Source: Macrostomum hystrix | Lineage: Eukaryota; Animalia; Platyhelminthes | Assembly: GCA_950097015.1 (NCBI GenBank) | Contig: CATNEN010000003.1 | Location: 2,604,001 to 2,668,000 of the forward strand | Reading direction: 5' to 3' | DNA length: 64,000 nt | In this document: positions 47,359 to 59,555 of the stretch, piece after piece | Layout of the letters: every line of letters begins with the position of its first letter | Position numbering within the stretch: the first letter of the stretch is position 1 | Notes under the pieces: model-generated | Told to the model about the DNA's origin: nothing | Database searches by the model: none | What the model saw: only the letters and a program-made list of their open reading frames with translations | Program-made: the position numbers and the translations under genes

Positions 47359-48399
47359 GCTGCCCGATCAGTTGAGGTTCCGCCTCTGGGATTCCTTATT
47401 TTAAAGCTCAGTTTTTTATAGGCCTCATTTACAAAGTCTGAAGAACATATTTTATCATAACTTCTCTGCATAACTCGCGTTATGATCATCCTAAGGAAAT
47501 TCAAAGGTATTTATGTATTTTACATAAAACCGGTTCCAGTTCATTTAACCTTTAGTCAAAGACACTATAAGTATGCAATACTACTTACTAGTTAGTGTTG
47601 CAAGTAGTAAATAGGTTTTTAAAGCATTTTAAAGCGTTTAATTTTAATTTGGAATTGCATTTATCCTCAACTTGGCGCTCTGTTTGCTTTTAGTACTGAA
47701 TTTTTGAGAAGGAGATAAGAAAAAATTCGGCCTATTTTCTGTAAATTGAAGAAATGAAAATCCACTCATTTTATTTTCTTAGAAGAAACACGTGGGAATT
47801 TACGGATTAGGGATTCAAATCCTCCATTTGCTGCCGTTTTATCGTGCCCGCTAGAATTAATTCCGTTTTTTTCGCTTGGAAAAAAATCACTGCTTGCTTG
47901 CTTTCATTTTCTTGTTCTGCTTCACAATATCGAGTATTTAAACCGAGCTTCTCTCTCCCCAGAATTGCTTGAATACCTCAGCGGAAATCATTTAATTAAT
48001 CTTTTTTTATCCTTTATTTAACGATCGGAATTTTAACAAAAATCGCATTTTTAATCTGGAAATGAAGCTCGACTGCTTATGTTACTTCGCCGGAAGTAAA
48101 TTTTCTTTTATAGTTCTCGGGCCTTGAATAGTTCGCAATGCCATTGCTCCAATTTTTGCAATTGCTGAATCAAATAATTGATGCATTGTAACACTAGTTG
48201 CTTCTAAAATATATGAGCACACTTTTTTCTAACTTTAAATAAATCTCTGTGCCATGACACAATTAAGAAAGATGGCATTGTCCTTCAATTCGAGTAAAAA
48301 AGAACTCCTTGTTTTACACAGACCTCTTACCTTCTGGTCCGCTATGTCCCCTTTTATCTCTCCCTTCATCTCTCTCTCTTCACCCCTCTCATTTTATCT

Positions 48400-49140
48400 C
48401 CCACTCCGTACATCTCTCTCCCCCTACATCTCTCTCTACATCTCTCTCCCTACATCTCTCTCCCTACATCTCTACCCCCTACATCTCTCTCCCTACATCT
48501 CTCTCCCCCTACATCTATCTCCCTACATCTCTATCCCTACATCTCTACCCCTACATCTCTCTCCCTACATCTCTCTCCCTACATCTCTACCCCCTACATC
48601 TCTCTCCCTACATCTCTACCCCCTACATCTCTCTCTCCCTACATCTCTACCCCTTACATCTCTCTCCCTACATCTCTCTCCCTACATCTCTACCCCTACA
48701 TCTCTCCCTACATCTCTCTCCCTACATCTCTACCCCTACATCTCTCCCTACATCTCTCTCCCTACATCTCTACCCCTACATCTCTCTCCCTACATCTCTC
48801 TCCCCCTACATCTCTCTCCGCACATCTCTACCCCTTACATCTCTCTCCCTACATCTCTCTCCCTACATCTCTACCCCTACATCTCTCTCCCTACATCTCT
48901 CTTTCCCTACATCTCTCTCTCCCTACATCTCTCTCCCTTCATCTCTCTCTCCCTAAATCTCTCTCCCCCTACCTCTCTCCCTACATCTTTCTCCCCTATA
49001 TCTTTCTCCCCTTACATCTCTCCCCCTTCATCTCTCTCTAACTACATCTCTCTCCCTATATCTCTCTCCCTATATCTCTCTCCCTATATCTCTCTCTCCT
49101 ACATCTCTCTCTACATCTCTCTCCCGCTACATCTGCCCTC
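48400..49140. repeat. CTACATCTCTCTCCC minisatellite
   Basis: Direct inspection. Confidence 0.93.
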
Positions 49141-49824
49141 TCACTGTATCTCACTCTTTTACCTAAATCTTCATTCTTCCTGTATCTCCCATCTCCCCGT
49201 AACTTCTCACCTTCTGTACACTAAATTCCTTAATTGAAAAATCAAATTCCAAGAATATTCAAGTCTGTGTTGCCTAAGGTTTGTGACTGAGCTAAAAAAA
49301 TGTATACGGCCTTACTTACGCCGACAATACAATATCCGCCATAGACCAGAGAATAAGCCTATTTTGAGTCCTATACAGAATTTGATGAATCACTTGGCTG
49401 CTATTATTATAAGACAGACTCTCCGAAATCACTGATATCATTTCCCGTTGTTAATCAGGGATTTTATTATTCATTGTTGCCGTCCATTTATCAAGTTGGT
49501 TGGATTTGCAGCTAGCATTGTTGGCTGGAATGGCATGGTTCCTTTCTTTATTTGGCTTCTTATTTATAATTAACGGGATAAATTTAGGCGGCGTGAAATC
49601 TACTGTCGATGATAAAGCCGTAAATGTGTGAATCTGTCTAGCAAAACTCATTACAGCCGGATCATATTTCACGCAAAATGGGACACCTTAAATAAGTTTA
49701 TTTTGTCATGCAAGTGTCTTATAAGAAAATGTGGCAAATATTTTGTGAGTTATACTACTTACAGTAGGCTATTTTGTTTTCGTTCGACTTTATCGTGAGA
49801 GATAATTACGGTGGAGGAACTGAT

Positions 49825-50030
49825 GATGATAAGAGATTGATAGAGATGAGAGATGGATGGAGATGAGAGATTGATAGAGATGAGAGATGGATGGAGATGA
49901 GAGATTGATAGAGATGAGAGATGGATGGAGATGAGAGATTGATAGAGATAAGAGATTGGTGGATATGAGAGATCGATAGAGATGGGAGATTGATGGAGAT
50001 AAGGGACTTGGGAAGATGTGAGATTGACAG
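49825..50030. repeat. GA-rich 17/34-bp repeat GAGAGATTGATAGAGAT
   Basis: Direct inspection. Confidence 0.8.
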
Positions 50031-50504
50031 AGAAAGAGGGGAAGTTATAAACAGCCTTTCGCGGTATTCTCCCTGCTCAGTCGGAGCAATTTAGTTTTTC
50101 AGCCCATTCCATTCTGCAAGACAATTGGCCAAAGCTGAGTATGAGTACGATGGGGGAGAGAAAGGAAACAAGTTGTCGCCATTAAAAAAGGGGGTCGGCT
50201 CTGTCTGTGTTGTGTTCGCTTGATAACAAATCCCTGCTTTGTGAGGCTGGGATCGGAATGGGATTAGAGTAATGTCGGCGCCGGGCGCTCTAAACTCACT
50301 TCTGCGACACACTTTAGGGGATCATTTTCCATTTTTTGTCTCTTTGAAGCTGAACTGAAGCTAATCGACAAGCAAGGACAGGCGCTTCAGTCAGGAGGTG
50401 AGTGTGAAGAGTTCTCTTAAAATGCGCTTTTCTGTTTTAAGCATTGGGATTTTTACCTTTTATTTGACAAGTAGGGAACTTGCACATTGGTCTCTGAGAT
50501 TTTG

Positions 50505-51318
50505 GGATATGTCACTTTGAGATCTGACACTTTGGGATCTGACGCTTTGGGATCTGACACTTTGGGATCTGAAACTTTGGGATCTGACACATTAGATCTG
50601 ACACTTTGGGATCTGACAACTTTGGGATCTGACACTTTGAGATCTAACACTTTGGGATCTGACACTTTGAGATCTGACACTTTGGGATCTGACAACTTTG
50701 GGATCTGACACTTTGAGATCTGATGCTTTGGGATCTGACTCTTTGGGATCTGACACTTTGAGATCTGACACTTTGGGATCTGACAACTTTGGGATCTGAC
50801 ACTTTGAGATCTGATGCTTTGGGATCTGACACTTTAGGATCTAACACTTTGGGATCTGACACTTTGAGATCTAACACTTTGGGATCCGACACTTTGAGAT
50901 CTAACACTTTGGGATCTGACACTTTGAGATCTGACCACTTTGGGATCTGACACATTAAGATCTAGCACTTTGTGATCTAACACTTTAGGATCTGACAACT
51001 TTGGGATCTGACAACTTTGGGATCTGACACTTTGGGATCTGACGCTTTGGGATCTGACACTTTGAGATCTGATACTTTGGGATCTGACCAATTTGTGATC
51101 TGACAACTTTGGGATCTGACAACTTTGGGATCTGACACTTTGAGATCTGACACTTTGGGATCTGACACTTTAGGATCTGACACTTTGGGATCTGACACTT
51201 TGGGATCTGAAACTTTGGGATCTAACAATTTAAGATCTGATAATTTGGGATCTGACCAATTTAAGATCTGATAATTTGGGATCTGACCAATTTGTGATCT
51301 GGCCACTTTAGGATCTGT
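50505..51318. repeat. 15-16 bp minisatellite GACACTTTGGGATCT
   Basis: Direct inspection. Confidence 0.95.
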
Positions 51319-51934
51319 AGACTGTTATAACTAGCTATCATTACAGGTATAGTAAGATTCTAAAGCAATTCTAACGCACAAGCACTTCATGTGAAATGTG
51401 TCAAAAGCCGCCAAAAATTGAAGACAAAAGGAGCAAAGATGAGAATGGAAGGACGAAACAGAGACATCCCATAGACTGAAACTCAACTACACTGGAACTA
51501 CAATGAGACAATGAGCAATTGGGAGCTGTATGCTGGCTGGTTGAGTCAATAGAAGGATTGCCGCCCTTCCTGTTAGATTCTTCTTTTGCCGAAACCGGAC
51601 CAGAATCCAAGGGACAGCTTGGGAGGAACAACCTCACCCCACCCTGTTGCTATGGGCTTGGGTGGATGAGGTTACAATTTTGGGGAGAATGTTTTTTGGA
51701 CATTGTGTTGTTCAGGCTCATTTTACTCATGTCTATCCATGAATATTTGGTGGACAGGCCTTTGGATTCCAATCAGCAGCAACGATTTCATTACAGGTAG
51801 GAAATTAGAAATGGGCTTGTTGCTATGCCAGCCTGCAGAAGAAGTGGGTCGATGCTTCAAGATGGAAAAGCTGGCTATAATTGAGGGAGAACAAAACAGG
51901 TGAAAATAAGGAGAGAGTGAAAGGTTAGTTAGTA

Positions 51935-52585
51935 ATGAAGAAATGAGTGAGTAGATAAAGAAATGAGTGAGTAGATAAAGAAATGAGTGAGTAGATAAAG
52001 AAATGAGTGAGTAGATAAAGAAATGGGTAAATAGATAAAGAAATGAGTGAGTAGATAAAGAAATGGGTGAGTAGATAAAGAAATGAGTGAGTAGATAAAG
52101 AAATGAGTGAGTAGATAAAGAAATGAGTGAGTAGATAAAGAAATGAGTGAGTAGATAAAGAAATGAGTGAGTAGATAAAGAAATGAGTGAGTAGATAAAG
52201 AAATGGGTAAATAGATAAAGAGATGAGTGAGTAGATAAAGAAATGGGTGAGTAGATAAAGAAATGAGTGAGTAGATAAAGAAATGAGTGAGTAGATAAAG
52301 AAATGAGTGAGTAGATAAAGAAATGAGTGAGTAGATAAAGAAATGAGTAAGCATATAAAGAAATGAGTGAGTAGATAAAGAAATGGGGAAATAGATAAAG
52401 AAATGAGTGAGTAGATAAAGAAATGGGTGAGTAGATAAAGAAATTAGTAAGTAGATAAAGAAATGAGTGAGTAGATAAAGAAATGAGTGAGTAGATAAAG
52501 AAATGAGTGAGTAGATAAAGAAATGAGTGAATAGATAAAGAAATGGGTGATTAGATAAAGCAATGAGTGAATAGATAAAGAAATA
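51935..52585. repeat. 20-bp minisatellite AAATGAGTGAGTAGATAAAG
   Basis: Direct inspection. Confidence 0.96.
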
Positions 52586-53213
52586 ATTAATAAATAAATG
52601 AGTAAAATGATTTCGCGCATGAGTAAGTAAGCTATGGAGGTACGTGTACTGTAAATTTCACAGCTTTGCAATGTACTCAAGCCAGACTAAGACAATGATG
52701 CTTTAGATTGCATTGCTCAAAGCGAGAAAGCGAAAACACGAGTGTCACAGTCTCACACTCCAGCAACTGATTGAAGTGTACTCAACCCTTACTCACTAGT
52801 AGATGAAAACTTTCTCCTACAGAGAGAAACAGGAATTAAATTGCCTAAACGCGTCAATCAAACTAGTCAAGTACAGACTTGAAGCAGCATTTTAAGGCCA
52901 TCTAGTAATTTACGATTAGCAACATTGATTGGTCTGAAATGCTGGAGCACGGCGAGACACAGGTAACCAACTATCCAATGTGCAGACACTAAAATATGCA
53001 TCATAGCTCGTGTATATTACGGCAGTTTAGTATTTATCCTAAGCTATTATTCCAGACACTTAATAAACACTAACACTATTGTCTGTCTGAAAATTGATCT
53101 GGTCAGCATTGTTGCGTACTTCAATTTGTAAAGGTAATCCATTCAGAAATGCTTCGTTTTACACCACTTTTTGATTCTATGGTCTAAACTCTAAGCCAGC
53201 GAGACTGTTCTCT

Positions 53214-53281
53214 CCAAGGACTTCTATATAATAGCATCCTTGGTTCTATGGTTCTTGATGCTATTATATAGAAGTCCTTGG
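53214..53281. mobile_element. 68-bp palindromic mini-element (25-bp perfect inverted repeat, 6-bp TSD)
   Basis: CCAAGGACTTCTATATAATAGCATC / GATGCTATTATATAGAAGTCCTTGG with an 18-nt spacer; TTCTCT directly on both sides. Confidence 0.75.
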
Positions 53282-53399
53282 TTCTCTCTAACTGACTGAC
53301 TGAGCCAGCATCGAATTTCATATAAAATAGTGGCTGCTCAATTTGCAGTCTATGGTTAAAAAGTCCTCGGCCACGCTCAAAAGGTAATCTGATCCGAAG

Positions 53400-53945
53400 T
53401 TAATCCACATCCACTCTAATTCTAAGTTGGTCACTCTAATCCTCAGTTAATCCAATCTAATCCTAAGATAATCCACTCTAATCCTAAATTAATCCACTCT
53501 AATCCTAAGATAATCCACTCTAATCCTAAATTAACCCACTCTAATTCTAAGTTTATCCACTCTAATCCTAATATATTCCACTCTAATCCTAAGATAATCC
53601 ACTCTAATCCTAAATTAATCCACTCTAATCCTAAGATAATCCACTCTAATCCTAAATTAATCCACTCTAATTCTAAGTTTATCCACTCTAATCCTAAGTT
53701 TATCCACTCTAATCCTAAGTTTATCCACTCTAATCCTAAGATAATCCACTCTAATCCTAAGTTTATCCACTCTAATCCTAAGTTTATCCACTCTAATCCT
53801 AAGATAATCCACTCTAATCCTAGGTTTATCCACTCTAATCCTAGGTTTATCCACTCTAATCCTAAGATAATCCACTCTAATATTAAGTTAATCCACTTTA
53901 ATCCTAAGATATCCTCTCTAATCCGAAGGTAATCCATTCTAATCT
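53400..53945. repeat. 21-bp minisatellite AATCCACTCTAATCCTAAGAT
   Basis: Direct inspection. Confidence 0.94.
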
Positions 53946-54098
53946 TAAGTTGATCACTACCTATCTAAGTTAATCCCATCATTCGTAAAGTTACGCTCGT
54001 ATTTGACACAAAATTAAAGTACAAGCTAGTTAGGCAAAAGTAAAACAATTAAAATCCTTTTTTCCTCATGTTCCCTTAGGTTGGAATTTCTCCCAACA

Positions 54099-57000
54099 AT
54101 GGACAATTGCTATGCCAACTTTCAAGACTACGTCGATGCCAATTGGAATTTCCTGACCATTCGATCTCTGTCACGAATATCTCCGGCTGGCACGACTGAA
54201 TCGAACCGGGGACCTTCGGCGGAATCGAACTCGCGTCGACCCAACCGCATAGTCAGCGCGCCGCCAACAGTTTCTGGGCGATGGAGCATGCAGTGTCAGG
54301 AGCGCCGACAAGAGTCGAGAATGATTGGACAAACTACATCCGCTGTCAAAATTGACGCCAGGCATCTGCGATGTCTGGGCAGCCGGGGGCAGCAGTTCAG
54401 GATCCTTTGGCCCGATGCTGCAGTGAGTACAGCTTGTCTACCATATCTACCCGTGTTATATACCCTATTTACCTGTGTTATATATATTATTTACCTGTGT
54501 TATATACCTTATCTACCCGTGTTATATACCTTATCTACCTGGTGTTATATACCTTATCTACCTGGTGTTATATGTCTTATCTACCTGTGTTATATACATT
54601 ATCTACCTGGTGTTATATACCTTATCTACCTGGTGTTATATGTGTTATCTACCTGTGTTATATGCCTTATCTACCTGGTGTTATATACCTTATCTACCTG
54701 TGTTATATACCTTATCTACCTGGTGCTATATACCTTATATACCTGGTGTTATATACCTTATCTACCTGGTGTTATATACCTTATCTACCTGGTGTTATAT
54801 ACCTTATCTACCTGGTGTTATATACCCTTTCTACCTGTGTTATATACCTTATCTACCTGGTGTTATATACCTTATCTACCTGGTGTTATATACCTTATCT
54901 ACCTGGTGTTATATACCTTATCTACCTGGTGTTATATACCTTATCTACCTGGTGTTATATACCCTTTCTACCTGTGTTATATACCTTATCTACCTGGTGT
55001 TATATACCTTATCTACCTGGTGTTATATACCTTATCTACCTGGTGTTATATACCTTATCTACCTGGTGTTATATACCTTATCTACCTGGTGTTATATGTC
55101 TTATCTACCTGTGTTATATACCTTATCTACCTGGTGTTATATACCTTATCTACCTGGTGTTATATACCTTATCTACCTGGTGTTATATACCCTTTCTACC
55201 TGTGTTATATACCTTATCTACCTGGTGTTATATACCTTATCTACCTGGTGTTATATACCTTATCTACCTGGTGTTATATACCTTATTTACCTGTGTTATA
55301 TAACTTATCTACCTGTGTTATATACCTTATCTACCTGGTGTTATATACCTTATTTACCTGTGCTATATACATTATCTACCTGGTGTTATGTCTTATCTAC
55401 CTGTGTTATATACCTTATCTACCTGTGTTATATACCTTATCTACCTGGTGTTATATACCTTATCTACCTGGTGTTATATACCTTATCTACCTGGTGTTAT
55501 ATGTCTTATCTACCTGTGTTATATACATTATCTACCTGGTGTTACATACCTTATCTACGCGTACCTGTGTTATATACCTTATCTACTTGTGTTTTATACC
55601 ATATCTAACTGTGTAATGTACGAGCGTCAACTCGTGTTATCTACCCGTATTATATAATTAGTCTACCTCGTGCTTACTCAATATTTATCATACTCTTATC
55701 TCATATTCTAGTGATCTTAGAGCGACTGGGTATCAGTAAAGTTACCCACGTGCATATAAATCAAATAGTGGTGCCTTTTTATCATCTTAGAATTATATCG
55801 AGGTTAATAAAAACTGACTAATTCTATAAACAGAAGATAAAGGCAGGCCTCACGATACAATGAGAAGTGTTTTGTCTAACCATAGTTTTATTATCGTCCG
55901 GCTCTATACAATGATGATGTAAATATTCTACAAAGTTCACAAAGAATGAGAGAGTTATGCTTAGCAAGTGACACAATAAAAACGCAGAGGGGGTACATTG
56001 GCTTTTCTATCAAGCTCTTTTAGCCTACTTTGGTCTAATATTCGCAAATACCCGAGCTACCAACACTGAGAAAGAGAGAGTCTGGGTGGCAATAAAATAT
56101 TCCTTTCTAAAACTTTTTCTCGTGTTGAAGTGGCAAGCAACTATAACTGAAAGATACTAAAAAACTTATTTAATAGAGAGCAAACACGTTACAGCGTCTA
56201 TTTCTTGCCAAAGCTTTCATTTTTCCTGGCTCGATTGTCAATAATATCGGGTTAACAATTCTTCGTACTTCGATGACCACCGTACCGAGTCAGTGGCACG
56301 CGGAGCATCAACAATTGATAGTCTTCGTTGAGCAGCATCGTGTTCATTTTGAAGAAGAGGAAGACAGCGATGTCACACCCGAAGAAGAAGAAGCAGTAAC
56401 AGAGGACAAAAAGATGGACATTGTTCGCGAGTGGCTGACAGCGATTCCAGAAGCTTCCAGTGATGCTACTCAAACGAAAGGTGACAAAGGCAAGTCTGAC
56501 AGGAAAAGACAGACGGCTTCGTATGCTCGGACTAGAGATTCGGGGAGGGTGAGTGAGCAGTGCTCAAGTAATGCGCATTCTTCTTGTATGTAGACTTAAA
56601 TGGAACCTACACTCCGTATCTTATCTGAACATCCAAAAACCACGACTCCCTAAATGTACATTCAAACCTGACTCCTTATTGGATCTTAACTCCTCTCTGC
56701 CCCTCAACGTACATTCAAACCGAGACTCCTTATTGGATCTTAACTCCTCTCTACCCCTCAACGTACATTCAAACCGAGACTCCTTATTGGATCTTAACTC
56801 CTCTCTACCCCTCAACGTACATTCAAACCGAGACTCCTTATTGGATCTTAACTCCTCTCTGCCCCTCAACGTACATTCAAACTCGACTCCTTATTGGATC
56901 TTAACTCCTCTCTACCCCTCAACGTACATTCAAACTCGACTCCTTATTGGATCTTAACTCCTCTCTTCCCCTTAATGTACATTCACACCTCTTGCTTTCT

Positions 57001-59518
57001 GCTACTTATTCTTTATTAGGCTGTCGCTAATAACTCATTAATAACTACTTATTATAATATATAAATTTTATCCTCAGAATTGAGTAAAACTTCATCAAAA
57101 CTCTCCCCAAAACCAGGCCGACTCGTCTCTCGTCCGACTGTCCTCAAGCAAGCGTCGAAGCTCAGCTAGCAGTCAGCTGCATCACAATCGTCGCCAACCG
57201 CTTAGAAGTTTGGCGTCGCTGGTTGCTAGGAAAGGACAATTATATCAGATTGTTGCGGAAGAGAACACCTACTCGCAATCGCCTCGAACACAGCAGCAGC
57301 AGCAGCAGCAACAGCAGAGGCAACACATTTACAGTCAAGCAGCAAAGCCGATGAACTCTTATACTCCTCGCTGGCTCTCGGCTGTTCAGTCTGCGAAGCA
57401 GCCGCAGAAATCCAAGTCGAGACAGCCGGCGAATCGACCCCGCAGTCGATCAGTGGAGGTGGCGAGCTCGACGCCGATTAGCGGTGGCAGCACCGGCGGT
57501 AGCAGTCCGCGACACCGGCTCACTCAATGGGGCAGCTCCTCCAACCTACTGGCAACTGTAGGCCTGGATGCTGAGCTAGGCTTATCTAGTAGCATCTTAT
57601 CTTGTACTACTTACATACTATAATACAGAAGTCGGCAAACTCCGGCCCGTTGCCCCTTCGGACACCTACAGTATCCTGTTTCATCTTCCCCTATCACATC
57701 TCTCCTCGGTCTCGTCTCTCCCGTGTCTCATCTATCACTTGTCTCATCTCTCCTAAGTCTCATCCCGTGTCTCATCTCTCCTAAGTCTCATTCCGTGTCT
57801 CATCTCTCCCGTGTCTTCGTGTCTTATCTCTCCTGTGTCTCATTTCTCTCCTGAGTGTCATATCTTCTGATTCTTATCTATCCCGTGTCTCATCTATCCC
57901 GTGTCTCATCTATCCCGTGTCTCATCTCTCTCCTGAGTCTCATCTATCCCGTGTCTCATTTCTCTCCTGAGTCTCATCTCTCCCGTGTCACACTTCTCTC
58001 CTGAGTCTCATCTATCCCGTGTCTCATTTCTCTCCTGAGTCTCATCTCTCCCGTGTCACACTTCTCTCCTGAGTCTCATCTCTCCCGTGTCACACTTCTC
58101 TCCTGAGTCTCATCTATCCCGTGTCACACTTCTCTCCTGAGTCTCATCTATCCCGTGTCTCATCTATCCCGTGTCTCATCTCTCTCCTGAGTCTCATCTC
58201 TCCCGTGTCACACTTCTCTCCTGAGTCTCATCTATCCCGTGTCACACTTCTCTCCTGAGTCTCATCTATCCCGTGTCTCATTTCTCTCCTGAGTCTCATC
58301 TATCCCGTGTCTCACCTCTCCTGAGTCTCATCTATCCCGTGTCTCACCTCTCCTGAGTCTCATCTCTCCCGTGTCTCACTTCTCTCCTGAGTCTCATCTA
58401 TCCCGTGTCTCATGTCTCTCGTGTCTCATCTCATATTCTACAGCCAATGGGGCCCGCTGTGGTCTTTATAAGGTTCTCTCTAAGGCCCGCTTGCTACTAA
58501 GTTTGCCGACACCGGCTATAATACTATAAAATGAAAATTATCACATTTTGACTCGACAGGCTGTCTGTTAAGGCATAGTGGTAGAAAGTGGGTAATTAAG
58601 TATAGCATGCTTTGAAATCGATTTTATGCTTTTCCACCAGAGCTACCAAAAAAGGAGCTGCAAACACAAAAGTCTGAGCTTTGACCACTTGCCTGCCTGC
58701 CTGCCTTTTCTATAACACCAATCGCCTCCCTTGACTTCTTGATTCCTGCGTTGGAAGGAATCCCTCCCTTCACAGGAAGAGGCAGGCAAGCAGGCACTGC
58801 AGAAGCAGCTAGAGCTAGTATGAGTGGAGCAAACAGAACACTCGACAAACGTTGTGGCGCATTGTTGAGTAGACTCTCAGCTGGCGCAGGTGCATCGAGG
58901 AGGCAAACCCAACTGAAACTACACGTTCTCCTTCCTTCCTGCATGGGATTTTTCCCTGTGGTAATCTTCTCCCTACCTGTTGCTTGGGTGTTGGTAGCGA
59001 GCAGTATATATACTACGAAATTGGCGGTAATAAATGAGCAAATACTAAGCAGTGCGGTAAAAATAATAGCCTACTCAAATAGAATTCTTTATTAGGCTGT
59101 CGCTTAACCAACTACAAAAAAGACTTGAGTTCCGGGCTGACAAAAGGAACAATAATTGTTATCCTGAGCGGCATAAGAACTCAAAGAGCTCTTGACTAGT
59201 ACCAGGCAGATTCACTCAAGCCTCCTTTAACACCTGCAGGGCGGCTCCGAAACATTGCGAAGCTCTAGCCAGAACTCGCTGCATTCGGCAACGGGCGATT
59301 CTGGTCGCTATCAACGGTTAACTAGTGCCAAGCAGCTGCAGCCTAGACAGCAGCAGCAGCAGCAGCAGCAGCGGCAGCAGGATGTTCAACGGACTAACTT
59401 AAACGACGCAGCCGCAAAGACAACAGGTCGTCGTGAAGGTACTATCGCAAAGCAACATCCAGTGGTTCAGATACCGGTGGATCTTGCAGGAAAAAAATCA
59501 TCTGCAAACCGAACCAAT

Positions 59519-59555
<37 letters not shown>

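Noticed and set aside
9457-49830. Other CTGANGA words (9457, 20749, 21066 minus, 31619, 32491, 49820) as additional hammerheads
   Set aside because: No stem II followed by GAAA and NUH with a pairing stem I.
39780-51903. Short ORFs in unique sequence at 39.8-40.3, 41.5-42, 44.9-45.5 and 51.4-51.9 kb as exons or retroelement relics
   Set aside because: No recognisable motifs or consistent splice phases; cannot be supported without a search.
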